Origin: Leptogorgia sarmentosa
Lineage: Eukaryota
Direction: 5' to 3'
Assembly: GCA_964658305.1 (NCBI GenBank)
Contig: OZ210885.1
Coordinates: 9,052,001 to 9,116,000, forward strand
DNA length: 64,000 nucleotides
Below, piece by piece: positions 13,701 to 28,700 of the stretch. Numbering within the stretch: position 1 is the stretch's first letter; every line of letters starts with the position of its first letter. A program made the position numbers and the translations under genes. The notes under the pieces are model-generated. The model was given only the letters and a program-made list of their open reading frames with translations, did not search any database and was not told where the DNA came from.

Positions 13701-16700
13701 AAAACCTCGCCAATTTACGACAGCTTTAGGACTCGGCAAAGTTATTTTACTGTTCTGAAAATGTATTTTCTACAAAAAGCGCATGATGGTGGGAAAAAGA
13801 AGTTGTGGTGCCTTCGCATCTCGAAATTTGTTCGGTGTATGCCCTGACATAGAAGCTTCTTTTCCGTAGAAAATGTTATTTATCACGACCATTATTAACT
13901 AATGTATAATGAGAAATTTGTTTTAACCTGATCACTCTATTTCTAGCCCATGTTATTCGCAAATATATATTTTAATAAGAACTGCCTTCGCATAGTTTAA
14001 TTTTGAAGGTTTCACCGTCTTATACCAAAAAAAATCCAGCAAGAAAAAAACCCAACTCATTTGGTTGATTTCTTCCAGACATGGTGTGGACAATGGGGAT
14101 TTATTCCAAATTTGCCTCCCAATTTTCAAAATGAAGATTGGGACGAAGTTAATTTGCAATAATTCTAGAAACGCTTCATAATGTGTATGTGCATGTGCTG
14201 TTTTATATCATGAAATTTGAATTGCAGCTCAACCTACAACAAGTAACACGCCCAAAAATAGCATTTGAAAATCTCGTTCGGAAAATGATATACATACCTT
14301 TTTGCCAGAAGCAACTATGATATCATTCCAGCGGGGCACGAATTCTAACGCGGTAATGGGATCCGAACAAATGTTGTCATGTGACAATATTAACGTCGGC
14401 AAGTTTTCTTCAACATTCCAAAGCTTCACAGACCCACCGATAGACCCCGATGCAAAGCGACGTGAACGATCATGACCTCCTACCTCCCCTTTAACTTGAG
14501 AAATGGCATCCTCGTGTGCTGGGAATTTCAACTGCGAGTTATTGTTAAGATGGAACCATAACAGTTCTCCGTCATCACAACCAAGAAATGCATATTGTGA
14601 CCCAAGAGCAGTAATGCAAGTGACTTTAACATCTGGTTGACTCAAATTAATGCTGGTCTCGATATCATTAAGAATTCTTAGTTCGATCCTGTTTACCTCG
14701 TCAACAAAAACGAAACGGACATGATCACTTAATAAGCAGACAAAACGTATGGCGACTCCAGATTCGGTCTTTGCGAACTGAACTATTTTAGAACACTTTA
14801 TGTCGACCAGCGACAATGTTCCCGAACTGCTTCCAGACAGAGCAAATTTCCCATTTGATGTGATGTCAATTGCTGTAACAATCGAGTCGTCAGGGTGACC
14901 TGCATGAAGGAAGTAAAATTTTTATTTGAAGTATTCAAGTATGCGACGCTTCAGCGGTGTAGCCTGCCAATTATTGAAAAATATCGTTCAGACGACAATT
15001 AATCTTCATAGGTGCAGCAATAGAAATTTTCTTCAAATCCGGGTAGTAAAATGCATCGCTGATATCGAAAACGCAAAAATAAGTCATTCACTGTTGTAAA
15101 TAAAAGACTAGTATACTGGAATAAAGGCCGTTTTCCATTACAGTCGTTTTGCCCGCGCGGGCTGAGCTGAGGGTGAACGTAGTTCCACTTCTAAGCTTCT
15201 GCCCGTGCGGGCAAAGCGACTGCAATGGAAAACTGCCGTAAATCACACCAATTTCATCCGAAATTCAATCACTTTCACCTGATAAACGGTACGTACATTG
15301 TACGAACTTTAATTTGAATGGCCATAATATGTTTTTTATTGTTCCCAATCATTGCAGTTATACTAATTAATTTTGACACACTTTTATCCATTGTAGCGAT
15401 GGATTTTTGTTTCTTTACTTATTTTCAAATTTGAAAATTTGACTAGTTAGGCTCGATTTAGGCGTCTAATTTTCAAATTCAAACGATGAGGGAAGTAATC
15501 TCATCTCAATTTGAAAAAGGAAGTTGAAACGAAAGATCTACGAAAGAACGTAGTATAGATCTTTATGTATACACCCTGACCCCATTGACGTTGGCTGATT
15601 TCTACACGGCCGTGTGTCCGAAAATAATTTTACACGGTCGAATAATTTAGAAAACATATTAGAATGTTATTTAAAAAACATAAAAATTTAAGGAGATATA
15701 GGTATCCAAATAGCAACATATTTTGAAAGTTTTAACTACTATAGTTTCAGCGGTTTTACAGCACAACAGTTTTTGAAGTCGTTTTGATTGCGTTTCACTA
15801 AGTACCTTCCTTACTTCACTGCAATAGTCAGTAGTGAATGTACGGACAAACAATAACGTTATATATCAAAATATGTGTATTTTGTTCAAGAAACGCTTCG
15901 ACACGAGGAATAGCAGCGATTCATGCTGTTACCTTTTTTGGAAATAATTTCAGTATTATTTTTCCAACACATTTGCAGGTCAATTGTTACCCGAATTGTT
16001 TTGCATTCATTTTGCATTCCATCAAACTCATAACTGACGGGCGAATAGACCATTGATTTGCGACTGGATCCTGTATTCTTATAAGTATATAGGATGACCC
16101 AGAAGACACAATATAAGCGGCAACGATAAGTAACGTATGTAGTCAGCATAGTTAGTGATTATGCACTAAAAACGACATCTTTCATGTAAATTTTGTGGGC
16201 TTCAAGCGAATATAGAAGAAGACAGGAAACATAACTTGAATTGTCAGTGTTCGATTCGACTATTATTGCGCATTGGACTGGGTTGACTAATTTTTGGAAT
16301 CTCGTAGTTTTGGTATTCTTTCGCTACATGCAACACGACCTAAATAGCGGATACAGGTTTGTAGATACTCGTGACGAAACCGTTTTAATTGTATTTTCCG
16401 TAATCCTTTAATACATAAATTATAATCAGAACAGAAAATAGCCTGTAAAGCTAGCCAAGACAATTTCAGAGCTAACACGTAATCGAATTCAATATTTGAC
16501 TCATTCGCGAGTGAATGCAAAGTAAATTTTCGGGAAAAATATATTCTCATTTAAAACGGATATTTCACACATATAAATTATTGTGTGTATGAATATAGTA
16601 AAAAATCCTGTAGTCGCATCAAAGACTTAAAGTATTTAGAATTTTCAAATAGTCCTTGATTTACTCACCTGCATTATGGTCGATCCAACTATCAGTTGAA

Positions 16701-19700
16701 AGTTCCCGGTGGAGAAACACATTTTTCTGAAGCGAGCCAAACAAAAGATCTTTGCCGTCGAGTGATATTACAGGTGGGACCTTCGGACGTACAGTCGATA
16801 CTTGCAAAGAGTCGAGATTGATTTCACAAATATGCATATCAGGGCTGCATGTGTAAATCATGTTGCGATCGCATGCTATTTCCACTGTACAGGACGCGGG
16901 TAAAATGACTTCTTTCAAAGACGCATCAGGCTTTTGCCAGTCCCAGATGAACACATGGTTACCTTTGCATCCAATTATAACATGGAACCCATCAGAACTA
17001 AAGCGAACAATCTCAGGTGTGCCATCGCTATCAATTCCATTGATCACACTGCCATCGGACAAATTCCACACCTTAAAAAATAAAAGGAAAAATTAATATT
17101 CTGTATGAAGCTTAAAACTTGTGACTATATAATGGTTTATCAAAACTAATTGTGAATATAATAACTAACAAGCAGAATAGGTTTCGTTACTAATATTATG
17201 CGTGCTACTCAAAGCGAATAGTGGAAGTCAGTTTTTAAAGATGTAGATAGAGCATAAAAAGTTAGTTAATACGTTGCAAATTAGTTTTTACGATTTAGTT
17301 TCCAAAATGTATGTACACTGAGCAATATATGACTGGACAAAGCTTCTGTAATACATAAATAAACCAATGGCGGCCATATTGGTGTGAATAAATTTCCTCC
17401 AAAAATGGCGTCTTTTTGCTTTCAAATTTGGCCGTGAATAACTAATGAGGTCACACCAAGATGGACGCCGTGTGATTCATGATAAAGCTTTTAAACGTTC
17501 TAGAAACCAGTAGGAAAGATATGACAAGCTCTGTAAAAGACATTTTCTTTCTAATCCGACCATAAATGTTGTGACACCATTTACGGAAACTGAGATCAAT
17601 TTCACTCATTTTAGTATTTCATCTCATTACAAATTTTCTAACTTCAAAATTATTACCGAATTGAAAAGGATGATAAATTCAGTAATTCGAACAGCAAGTT
17701 TTGCCATTTCATGAAAATAAGTCGCGCGAAAGTCCCAGAAAGCCATCTTAATGAACAACATTTACAGTTGTACTGCTTTGTATTACGAACGACGATTATT
17801 GAGATAGTTTACACCCTTTATTTAAAAAGTTGCCTTGTTTCAACGCATAACTCGAATAGCAATGGATCGAGTTTATGGTAAATTGACAAGGACATCGTCT
17901 TGCACCCAGCCCCTCCTTGCGCGAAGGAGATAACCAAATTTGAAACGAGTTCAGTAAGTTTAGTAAGTTGTGGGGTTTATAATAAAGTAAGGCGCTCAAT
18001 AACATGTTTTCGGGCATTTTCAGGGCGGATTCTCATCTTAGAATGGCAGAGATCTCATCTTACGGCGGGACTGCGTTCTAACATACTGTACCAACTGCGA
18101 CATTAGGAATTAGGCTTATGAGTGTGGAATAAGAAATATAATTTCCATCACTCTAACACTTTTCTAGTAACATAATCTTGGTAATGACTTTGTTCAATTT
18201 ATATCTTCATATTTTATGTATCCACTTAACAGTTTAACTGCATGTAGCTATACAACCTCGTGAATAAAGCTACTGCAGAAAGTTTGACAGGTTTGCTTGA
18301 GTTCAGGAGTCTATTGCAATTTTCGTTATACGAATAATGAAACGGCCAGGCAAATTGTGGAAAGTTCAGAAAGGGCTAATTACTTGTTAGCAAATATTTC
18401 AAGTTTCAACCGTTGTTAAAATGCTCAAAAAGCTATAAAATCGCAGATACCGAGCAGGCAATTGATGAAAAGTATGTTCAACTTCAAAATATTTAAGTTT
18501 TATTCGCCTCGGAGTTTTAACGGGTTGTTTCAGGAAATTCAAGAAAAAGCCACAGTCTTGCTCACTACCTAAACGATAGAAACAGACTTCAACGTTTCGA
18601 TGAAACGTCCTTCCTCTGGAATTGCTGTGTTCACTAATGTAGTTATTCAGTGGATAACGCAATCTTACATGTGAACAACCATCCCGTTACAGGAACGTTA
18701 TAAATTGTTACTGCATGAGACCTCCTCCACGCATTACACGAGCGCGGGGAGTTGAAATTTGATTTCTTTCACCAGTTGACAGGTATTACTATTTACGCAT
18801 GCGTTGCCCACAATGAATCTTTCCACGATTCTTGCCCCATCTAGTCATCGATTATATACAGGATTAACTCGATGGTCATATTAATTGGACTATATCAAAT
18901 GTCAATTATACATAACTATAGATACCGATCTTGAACAATATATATTTTGTGTCCCACCACAAATAAATAAACTCGTACATTCAATAAGTTGTTGCTGGGT
19001 TTTCCAGCAAGACAAAATAGGTAGTAAGTATTTTTCCCGTATAGATGACAAATTTGGTGGAGATTTTAGTAATGGGGATATTTTACGATCGGGTTAATCT
19101 GGTTCCTGATGATCTAACTACATTAAAAATAAAAGTTGTATTTATAGTACTCAGTTGTGTTGGTAGTGACTTTATTAACAGGCAGCAAAGTGTCCACTCA
19201 CTGCCTAAATAATTTAAACAGATTTCACGTTTCGAGCAAAGGCCCTTCGCTGGGATCGAATATTGTGTTAAACTAATTCCGGACGAGGGCCCTTTTGCTG
19301 GAAACGTCAAATCCGTTTGTATCCCTTATACGTATCGAGTAGACCTTTATTTGTTGTCGATGTTTCCATCTGCTACCTACACTGGTCACATATTCATACT
19401 TCAATTATTATCCATCATGGGTTATGTGTACGTTGACCTGAAACCGTCATCATATAGGTCTGAATGAAGTTGATGTATAGTTTGTCTTAAATCTTGCATG
19501 AGAATCCATTCCATAACACATGATAAATTAGTAACTTACTGAATCTGTCGAATTTTGAAGCTGTTAATGAAAGTCAATGCTTCAATGCTCGTATCCATAT
19601 ACTGATATACAATTTTCCTAGACTATTTTTAATATTAAAATATAAACTACTTCAAACGGTCATTCTTATGTTTTCTTATATGTATTATATATAAATGTAT

Positions 19701-22700
19701 ATTTCTTTCTGTTCCGGTTTAAAATATGTCAGTACGAAGTCCTGGAATGGATTAAATGTGAAGTTACAGGTTTCAAAACAAAGCGCAAAACGCGGATGTC
19801 GGGCAGTTTAAGGCAGAGTTTCCCGTCCATGCCTTGGATTTTCAGGATCTGATACAAACTTTCTTTAATTTTAAGAACACATCTGATATAGCATCGAAAA
19901 ATCAAAATTATAGTTTATGCCAATCAACCGAAATCTGCGTATTACATATACTGACACCTGCACGCTGATGATTTCGTCTGTGTTTTCTTCATGAATTTTT
20001 AATGCGTTTCACAAGTACAGTATATGTACCCATGCTTTGTAAAAATTGTATACATTCCTAATAATGAATACGCCGAGTCGGAACAAACAATTGGAACAAA
20101 CGGAACAACGTGGAACAAACAATTCAAAAAATTTCTTGTGTTTGGATGTTTCTATTGTTTTGTATTTCTATATGCACAGTATGGCTAGTAGCCTTGTGTA
20201 CTACACCTTTATCGAGGACTTCGTTGAGTTGAAGATATTCCCATCCTTTGACAGCGACACGACATAGCGATCATCAGCAGAGACTGCAACATGTTTTGCC
20301 CATTTAAGGTCACCTATTAATCAGGAAGGAAAAAATAATCAATTCAGAAATTAAAGTAAACATCAAAAGGATATTTTCTGTAACAGTCACAAATGATCAG
20401 GTTGGACGCGTTATTAAAATTAATGCAGAAATCTTTGCAATTTAAGGATTTATATACAATGAAAAGAAAAATCTTGAGTAGTGGATTAAATACTGTATCT
20501 AATATAACTGGATACTTTAACAAGCAGCAAAAGTTCTACTCACCAACCAAACGATAGGCAGTGAATTTGTTTTCTAACGTTTAGGTAGTAAGTAGAACTT
20601 TTGCTGCTTGTTGATGTTCTTATATCCGGGACCTAGACGGGTCGCTTAATGAACCTTATTCTAGCGGACTAGACCATAAACTATCAAAAGAATGGACTGG
20701 AAACGCACGCTGAAACTGCACAACAACAGTGATACGCTTGATGTGGAACCCTGTAACTTCACATTAAATAAATTGTATAATAATAATAATAATAAAAAAT
20801 CCATTCCAAGACTTCCTATTGACATATTTCAAACCAAAAGAGAAATGAGTGTGCAACTATCCACTGTTCAAGGCATAAAAGCACCGTTGCAATAAGTGGT
20901 GAGAAATTTTATATCTTGATATTTTGCTTGCGTTGTGTTTGTCATTGTTGTCTGTTAAGCCGGTTTTCCACTTGCGAATTTTGTCGCACGAAGCGGATTT
21001 TTTTCGTAGCGAAATAGTTCGCGCGAATAGCTCTTTGTTTTCCATAGCTAAGTGCGGAAGCTACAAAACAAAATGGCGGCATTGAACCGCAGGAGACTCT
21101 TGTTGCGCAGAAATAACTCGATAAGATTGCTGCTGCCCGACGACCTTGAAAATCGACGTATACAAATGTATACAAACGATGGATACGCCAAATATATCAC
21201 TGAATGGCAATTTTAAAATCTATTTAAGTCGCGACATTTTTCGCTGGGAAAAAGTGCGAACGAGTAGGAATCATTCGAACTCCTTTTTTCGCCGCAGTGA
21301 ACAGTTGGCGAAATTGATCGCGACACAACATTTATGAACACGCATGCGCATGCATGAGCGAAAGATTTCGCTTCGCGCGCAAAATTCGCAAGTGGAAAAC
21401 CGGCTTTAGTATCTGAAATATTCTGTATCTCTACACTCTTCTTTATACTCCTGTAATAAACAAATAACTTCACAGTTGCTCGTTTGTATCGTTATTATTT
21501 AATCGTTGTGATCGCTAAGCTCACTCGTTTATTTAGCGATCCATCACAATTGGTAAAAATTGAAGCAGTAGCCAACCGTGAAGTAGGCAATCTCGATATA
21601 TTGTCTTTCCGTACGCGTAAACGAGAGGAACTGTACGAATTTTCTAAAGCAAAGTGTATAAGTAGACAATCGCCAAATCTCATAAAACATTTCCCTTCAT
21701 CAATGATGTAAATAGAGATGTGTACGATTCGCAAATAATAAAATTCGAACAAACGAGCCAACTGCGCATGAAGTACAGGGGCCGCGGAACCGGGGGGGCA
21801 TTAGGGGCATTAGGGGCAAGTGCCCCCCCACTTTTTGTACAAAGGGTAAATGTGCCCTTTTTTTGAAAGGAAAGTGCCCGTACAAAGGGTAAATATGCCC
21901 TTTTTCATCCGTGCCCTTTTTGGATTGTGCCCCCCCACTTTTGAGGAGCTTCCGCGGCCCCTGAAGTAATTTGTTTATTATATGAATACAAGGAATAGTG
22001 TAGAGATACGAAATATTTGATACACACAAACGACAATAACAAACACAACACGAGCAAAATATCAAAATATAAAATTTCTCACCACTTATTGCTTTGTTTT
22101 CAAGTTTTATTTCGTCATTGTGCATAAAACTAGTTGAAATTTTGTAATTATGATTGGTTATAAGAATACCAATAATTCTTTTCATTACATGCAATTATCT
22201 TAGGAAATACAAATTAACGGCAATTAACGTAATTAATCTAGGAAAGCCTGCTATCCATTCAACTGTAGTTAACCACCGGTTTTCTGTCTTCATATCAGTG
22301 CAGAGCGTTGCAGATAAGAACGTTTCTCATTAACTATTCCGATTTGATTATTATACACGAGTATCTACAAGATTTTAATTTCCAGGTAAATTTGTTCTAC
22401 GTAAAAATAGTAGTTTTTGAACATGGTACAGTGCTTGAAGCACAAAAATTAACAAGGTTGAGGCTAGGTTCATATGAATTTAGTAAAATGAAAATGAATT
22501 TAGTGAAATGAAATGAAAACGAGATCGTCCGCAACCTATTTATAAGAAAGCTGTCCCAAATAGACAATTTGAACTATACCTCTGACAGAAAAGCACTGTG
22601 TGTGAAGATTCCAAACTTTGAAAGTTTCATCTTTAGATGCGGAAACACATCTAGAGTCACCACGAGCGATTGTAATATCTGTGACGTCATTTGAATGATC

Positions 22701-25700
22701 AGACAGACTATTTTGTTCCATGTACGCAGCAGTTCCCAGGTTCCAAACCCTGATACTTCCATCCAGTGACGCTGTCAATACCTTCTTCGCATTGGGAATT
22801 ATTGCAACACCGCTGAAATATTACAAGTTAATTGTTTATTTTCAACAATAATTTTTTCTACCGAAAAATGGCAAAGACGATCTTTGCGAGACTATTGATT
22901 GTTTAAGAAACCCATATTATCAAAATATGCTGTATAATTTATTCATACATGATCAGGGAAATATGTCCTATTCATCAAATGTTAGTGCAAATGGAAACTA
23001 CATCTATGGTCACTGTATCTTTAGCAAAAATCGTTCTATTACTATGTCGACAACAATTAAGAAGATAGATAGATAGATAAAACCTTTATTTACACAAGTA
23101 ATAAAAATTGCTGTTATCAATGGGAGCCCTATATAGACATATTGTGGAGTTCAGTACTGTTGATATCGACGAAAGCAACAATACAAGATGGAGTAATGAT
23201 AGATGTACAACAGGTAAAATAATATTCGATGTCATACGCTCCTGACTAAATTTTAGTCTAAGCAAGGTGAACAAAATCTTTCACCAATTAGTAATACTGC
23301 AAAATTCAATCGCAAAAGGTTGCAAAGTACGGAAAGTCCTTCAAAGTTGACAAATTTGTATACTTTTTATATTTGCGTGAATTAGTAACTAATTTAATTA
23401 TCAGTTTCAGCGCCTGTCAATCTGCAACTTCGCACGGCTATATTTTCCGTATTCAGCATTTTCCGTATTCAACACCTCGGAAGCGGGCGAGTGGGCTGGG
23501 CAGGCTACTGCACCCCCTCCCACCCCCTCCGATAACTTGCCAGAATTTTGCCAACGATCTTTTTGGAAAAATGAAATATATGAAGGAATCTAGACTTCAA
23601 AAGATTTATTTGGTCTCTCCCCAAACGCGGGTAGAAGGTAATCACTAATATGCATTTTCAAGCGCCCAATCGTGAGTTCTTTTCGATGGGCCTTTTATTA
23701 TCCAACTGTTCACAACCAAACATTTAGTTTTTCTAATTTTGATAACATCACAAAATGTCCTTCGTTTATCCCTCATTAAAATCTTTCTAAAGCGCAAGTC
23801 GTCCATTGCAAATAAGCTTAAAGTATGTAGCACGACTATAGCCGGGAGCCAATTAGTATAATGGTGAAATAAATAGAATTTCTTATATGACTGAAAATTA
23901 ACTTCATGTTGCTCGCTATCTTTTCAAGTAATCAAAAACCGATTTCAAGAAGCAGTATACGTCTTAGTCTGACTGGGAAATATTGTGTTAAATGTATACA
24001 ATGGATAAGACAGAATATGGAGCGCCTTAAGCTTAATTAACAGTTATTCTGCGAGCTCGAGTCGTATATGCACTGATAGTCGACGAGGCGCGTAGCGCCG
24101 AGTCGACTATCAGTCATATACGACGAGAGTGAGCAGAATAACTGTTTTATTATGTACACAAGCACTGGACAAAAACAACTTCCAAATTTATTTGTATTTT
24201 ACTTAATAACTGAATATAATTTCAAAGTGTTCTATCGCTTTGAAATCGACATATTTACAAAAACAGTTTTACTTGATAAATACACGGCAAAAAGCACCGA
24301 AAAAACAACAGTTACAGAATTTAAATAGTCGACGTTTCATTTAAACTATAGCTAGTTTTAAATTTCAGCAGTTTTCATCTGTATTTTTCTGCATTTGAAA
24401 TGACAGTGCAACACAAATTTTACAGTTGTAAAATGTCAACAAACAGCAACAAGCGATCCAACTCAGTCAAGCGATGAATATTACAGCGTCGAGTCCGGTT
24501 TTCCAGATTCAAAACTGCACAATAAACATTTACAACTAAACTTCTTGAATTTTATTCTTTTAATCGGTCGCAAAGACGTTTTTAACTGTTGAAAACTTCA
24601 ATTCCGCCTTCGCTCTTTCAGCCATTTTGTTTACATTTCTGTACTAGCAGGATATGAGCTAATATCCTGCTAGTAGAGAACCAATCAGATTGCAGAATAG
24701 CTCATATCCAGTGCTTGTGTATATAATAATGTTATATATTGGGTCTTCGTTGTTGCCTTGCCATATAACGATGCTTTCGAGAAAATAGCGGTAAATTAAA
24801 TAGTTCCTAGAGTGAACCCACCTGATGCCCGCGGAATGACCTTCATAACAGGAAAGGGACTTTCCAGTATGGAAACACCACAACTCCACATTTCCTTCAT
24901 CGTCTCCAAAGATAATATACTTTTTATCACCGCTCACAGCAATACTGGTAACAACAAATCCAACGTCAAGGGTACGAATTTGATACGTTTTTAAATCCCA
25001 AATTTTTATTGTCCCATCGTGTGAACCAGACACGAGCATTGGATTGTTTTTTCCTGAATCTAAACGAGAAACTTTGCACTTTAGTCGAACTGGCACAAAA
25101 AAACAAGGGAAAGCAAAGTACATGATATCCTAAATATATTCAATAACTCGATCGTTGACAGGATAAATTTTTATATATGCGTTCGGCATGTCTAGGCAAT
25201 GGATTCTGCAGTAGTCCATATACAGAGAGTTGATTTTGTTAATACCGTTAGGATATTGAAGAGAAATTTACGCAAAAAAGAAATTCCAATGTGTCAGGAT
25301 AAACTTGAAATACTCAAAATATGGGCGAACCGTCTGGCACGTACAATAGCCATAATCACGAATGAATTGTGCAAAGTAACATCATTCTTCTAGTTAGTTT
25401 TGCATATTATGTTAAAGCTCATTAGCTACCTCTGCAAGGACATTATGTAATCATCTTGGTTTGTTTGTGTGTATGATAAGGGAAGGGATGATTACACAAG
25501 GAAGAGATGATTACATTTTGGTTCAATTCGGCTGAGAATCAAGTAAAACATTTATGAAAAAAAACTTGCGTTGTTTTATTTTTTAAATATGAATGCGTCA
25601 TATGAAGTTAATTGATATTCTGGATGTGTTGTGTGAATTAGTATATTTACGGTACCAAATTTGGGTGAAAATTTATTAAGCCCCCACCATCTACTTAGTC

Positions 25701-28700
25701 TCCTCTACAGATAACCGCTCATCTGAATGCAGGAAAACGTAAATAATCCCCCAAGGGGCTAAATAGAGGAAATACGGTAGTCTTTCTTGAAGCTGCTCGA
25801 ATAGTTAATTTCGCAATACGTGTTTAATTGGATTTTATACAAAATAAACTTCCTTCTCGTTTATTAAAAATACATAGGAAATACGCAGACGTAATCAACG
25901 TTTAATTTGGGCCGCAAAGTTCTAAAAGTTTGTTGGAGTCATTTCTTAAATCTATGATATTATAAGTGTTAAAACGAAGTTTAACTTCTGAAAAGTCTAA
26001 AAAGTTTTTTCCTGAGGAAAGATTAGAGTACTCCAATTTATAGTTGCTATTTCTACCTACTGTAGCTATATCCATACCATGTACTGTAAAGTTGCGGAAA
26101 AGTTTAATAAAAGATCGTAAGAACTCATCGCAATTGCTCAAAACCAGAGTGTAACAGTACTGAACAGTACGTACACTGTAGCATGTACCGCAATGGGAAA
26201 TTTTCATTGCTGCATTACATCATTATTAGTTTGCACATGTATTCATATTTATGTTTGGTAACATAACTGTGTTTAACTGCTCTTAACTGTTGCCTAGCTG
26301 CTCTTTCATGTCAATGAGTAGCAGTGATAATTGACTGATTAAATTCAATTATTATCACATTTATTCAAGCAACTAACCTACCAAGTTCTAACCATACAGC
26401 ACAATGTTTGTCACAGCAATTATAAAACAGGTCAAACTATATCAATTTTGTCTGTTGGAATAAGAGGATCTGAAGTCAAGATGGACAAGATAAGTCAAAC
26501 GACACCTGGCTCTGTATCTTGGCAATGGACAGTATATCTAAAACAATATTACTTTACAAACAACATTCATGTTGGCTTCCATTTGTTACTTTATCTATAT
26601 AATTTCATAAGTTAAAAACAAATGGTATAAAATGCCATCATATTCTGTTGTCAGCTTGTAATTCAATGCATTCTCCTGTAATTGAATTCTATTATATATT
26701 GTAGTTCAATTCGATACGTGTGCATTAATTAGATACATGTGAAACGGTAAGAATTGTTCTTGGTTGATGTATCCCTATGAAATACATTTGCAAATTCAGT
26801 GGCGTAGGATGGTGGGGCACTTTCACCCCCAACTTTCATGGTTATAAGTGCCGTTTTAAAAAAGAAATTGACCTTCTTTCATGCCTAGGATTTGTACAGC
26901 TTTGTGATAGACATGAGAAATTGCCCAAATGTACTAAAATATTTTGTAGGATTCCATCATTCACTAGCTTTTAAATGTTTTTTTTTCAAGATGCCGCCTT
27001 GCTGATTGCAAGTTGCAAATACAGGAATAAGTTTTTATTTAAAGTTGCAACATTTAATAGTAAAGGTTTGGATTCTGTTCTCCTTGTGCCTCCCCCCTCC
27101 CCCCTCCCCTACAAACTACAACTTGATTCCTATGCCCTTGTTTCAGAGCTTGCTTTTATTTTTGCGGCACACTATTATTACTTACAAGATGTCTCAACAC
27201 TAATAAAATATACAATACCCTAAATGCCAAGTCTTTTGAATCTACTAGTACAGTATCACAATTTATACATTAAGGTCTGGGACACGGGGTAATCAGTTGA
27301 AATATACACACAAGCAAATTGTCTCAAAGTATATTTAGAAAGCTAGCATAGATAAATCTAATGGCCATTTTAAAATACTCTTAGCATATACAAAAACAAA
27401 CAGCCTAAAAATTTGAAAGAAATCAGAAAGTCCTAAAATAGTGCTTGTACATGAAAGCACTGGCTACCACCATACTAACAATTAAGAAAAGACTTTGCTT
27501 TCTTTCTAGGCATAATTTTTAATTACAATATTAGAATGCTGTTGCAAGCAGGTATTTTTGTGCAATAATTGGGAACATTTATTCCAAAACATGATATTCC
27601 CCTCCAATTGATTAATCATTGCTTTATTGAACCATTAAGGAAGTTTATAATAAAGAATATGTTTTATCCGAATGAAATAACAAATATAATTCTGAAGAGA
27701 CTCAATTGAAGTAAGATCTTCAAAATGTTATGAAATATTAACTCATAGAGTATTACATACCTGTAGAGACAACACATCTCACCCAATCTGTATGGCCAAC
27801 CAAACTGGCCTCAAAATTTAGTGTATCGGCTTTCCACAACTTGATAGTCTTGTCATAATATCCAACAGTAGCAATGAACTGTCCATCTTTGGTCGTACAC
27901 AGCGACATGACTCCCTCAGGAATACTTGTTGAGAGGTTTTCTCCGGTAGATACACAATACACTTTCAGCCCTACAACGCATGATGGATACTCGTCAGACT
28001 GATGTTTCAATAATGCCTAACCCTAAACGATTTTGTGAAATCTTGTTTTTAATTGTGTCCCTCTCCGGCGCTGAACATGCTCTGGCTGTTGCTGGCTTAC
28101 AGTGTGACCAGATGTTGGTCAGCAGAATTTACTAAAGCTTTGCTCAAATTTTACTAAATAGGACAAAATTTTACTAGATTTTTATTTTATGCAAAAAAAA
28201 GCGGGGGGGGGGGGGTTAATTTGGTATCGAAAACGTCCTTACTGATAATTATAGGTGAGATAGATAACAGCAAATTTTATTTTCAACAAGACTATACACT
28301 AAACGTAGCAAAGCATCAATATGAAATATGGCGTGCATTCCTTGCAAAAAAAGGGTAATTAAGTCGAATTTCGGAAGAATAGCTTCATGCGCTACTTCAT
28401 GTTATTTTTTCGAAACAGATGCAAAATTAAATGACGTGTCACGTAATCTCAAGCATGAAATAAGCTGAGCGATTTAGAAATAAACTATTACTAGAGCCTC
28501 AGGAAAGCGAATATTTCGCATTTTCCAAGGTTTTCTGGTCTTAACTGAAATTTTACTAAAAAAATTACCAAATCCTTGAATTTTAGGAAATTTTACCAAA
28601 ATTTTACCAAAAAATCTGTTTTACCAGATTTCTATCAAAATTGCCGAAATTTTACCAAAAGTAAAAAAATATACTGAATATGGTCACACTGCTGGCTTAT

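Noticed and set aside
21700..22194. 164-aa ORF and other 60-160 aa ORFs in introns and flanks (e.g. 28699-29115, 59694-60188)
   Set aside because: They cross MITE or low-complexity sequence or lie antisense to real exons and TE genes; no recognisable domains.
26382..26537. Exon-like segment with AG/GT ends in intron 9
   Set aside because: Contains a stop in the required phase, and exons 9 and 10 already join in frame.
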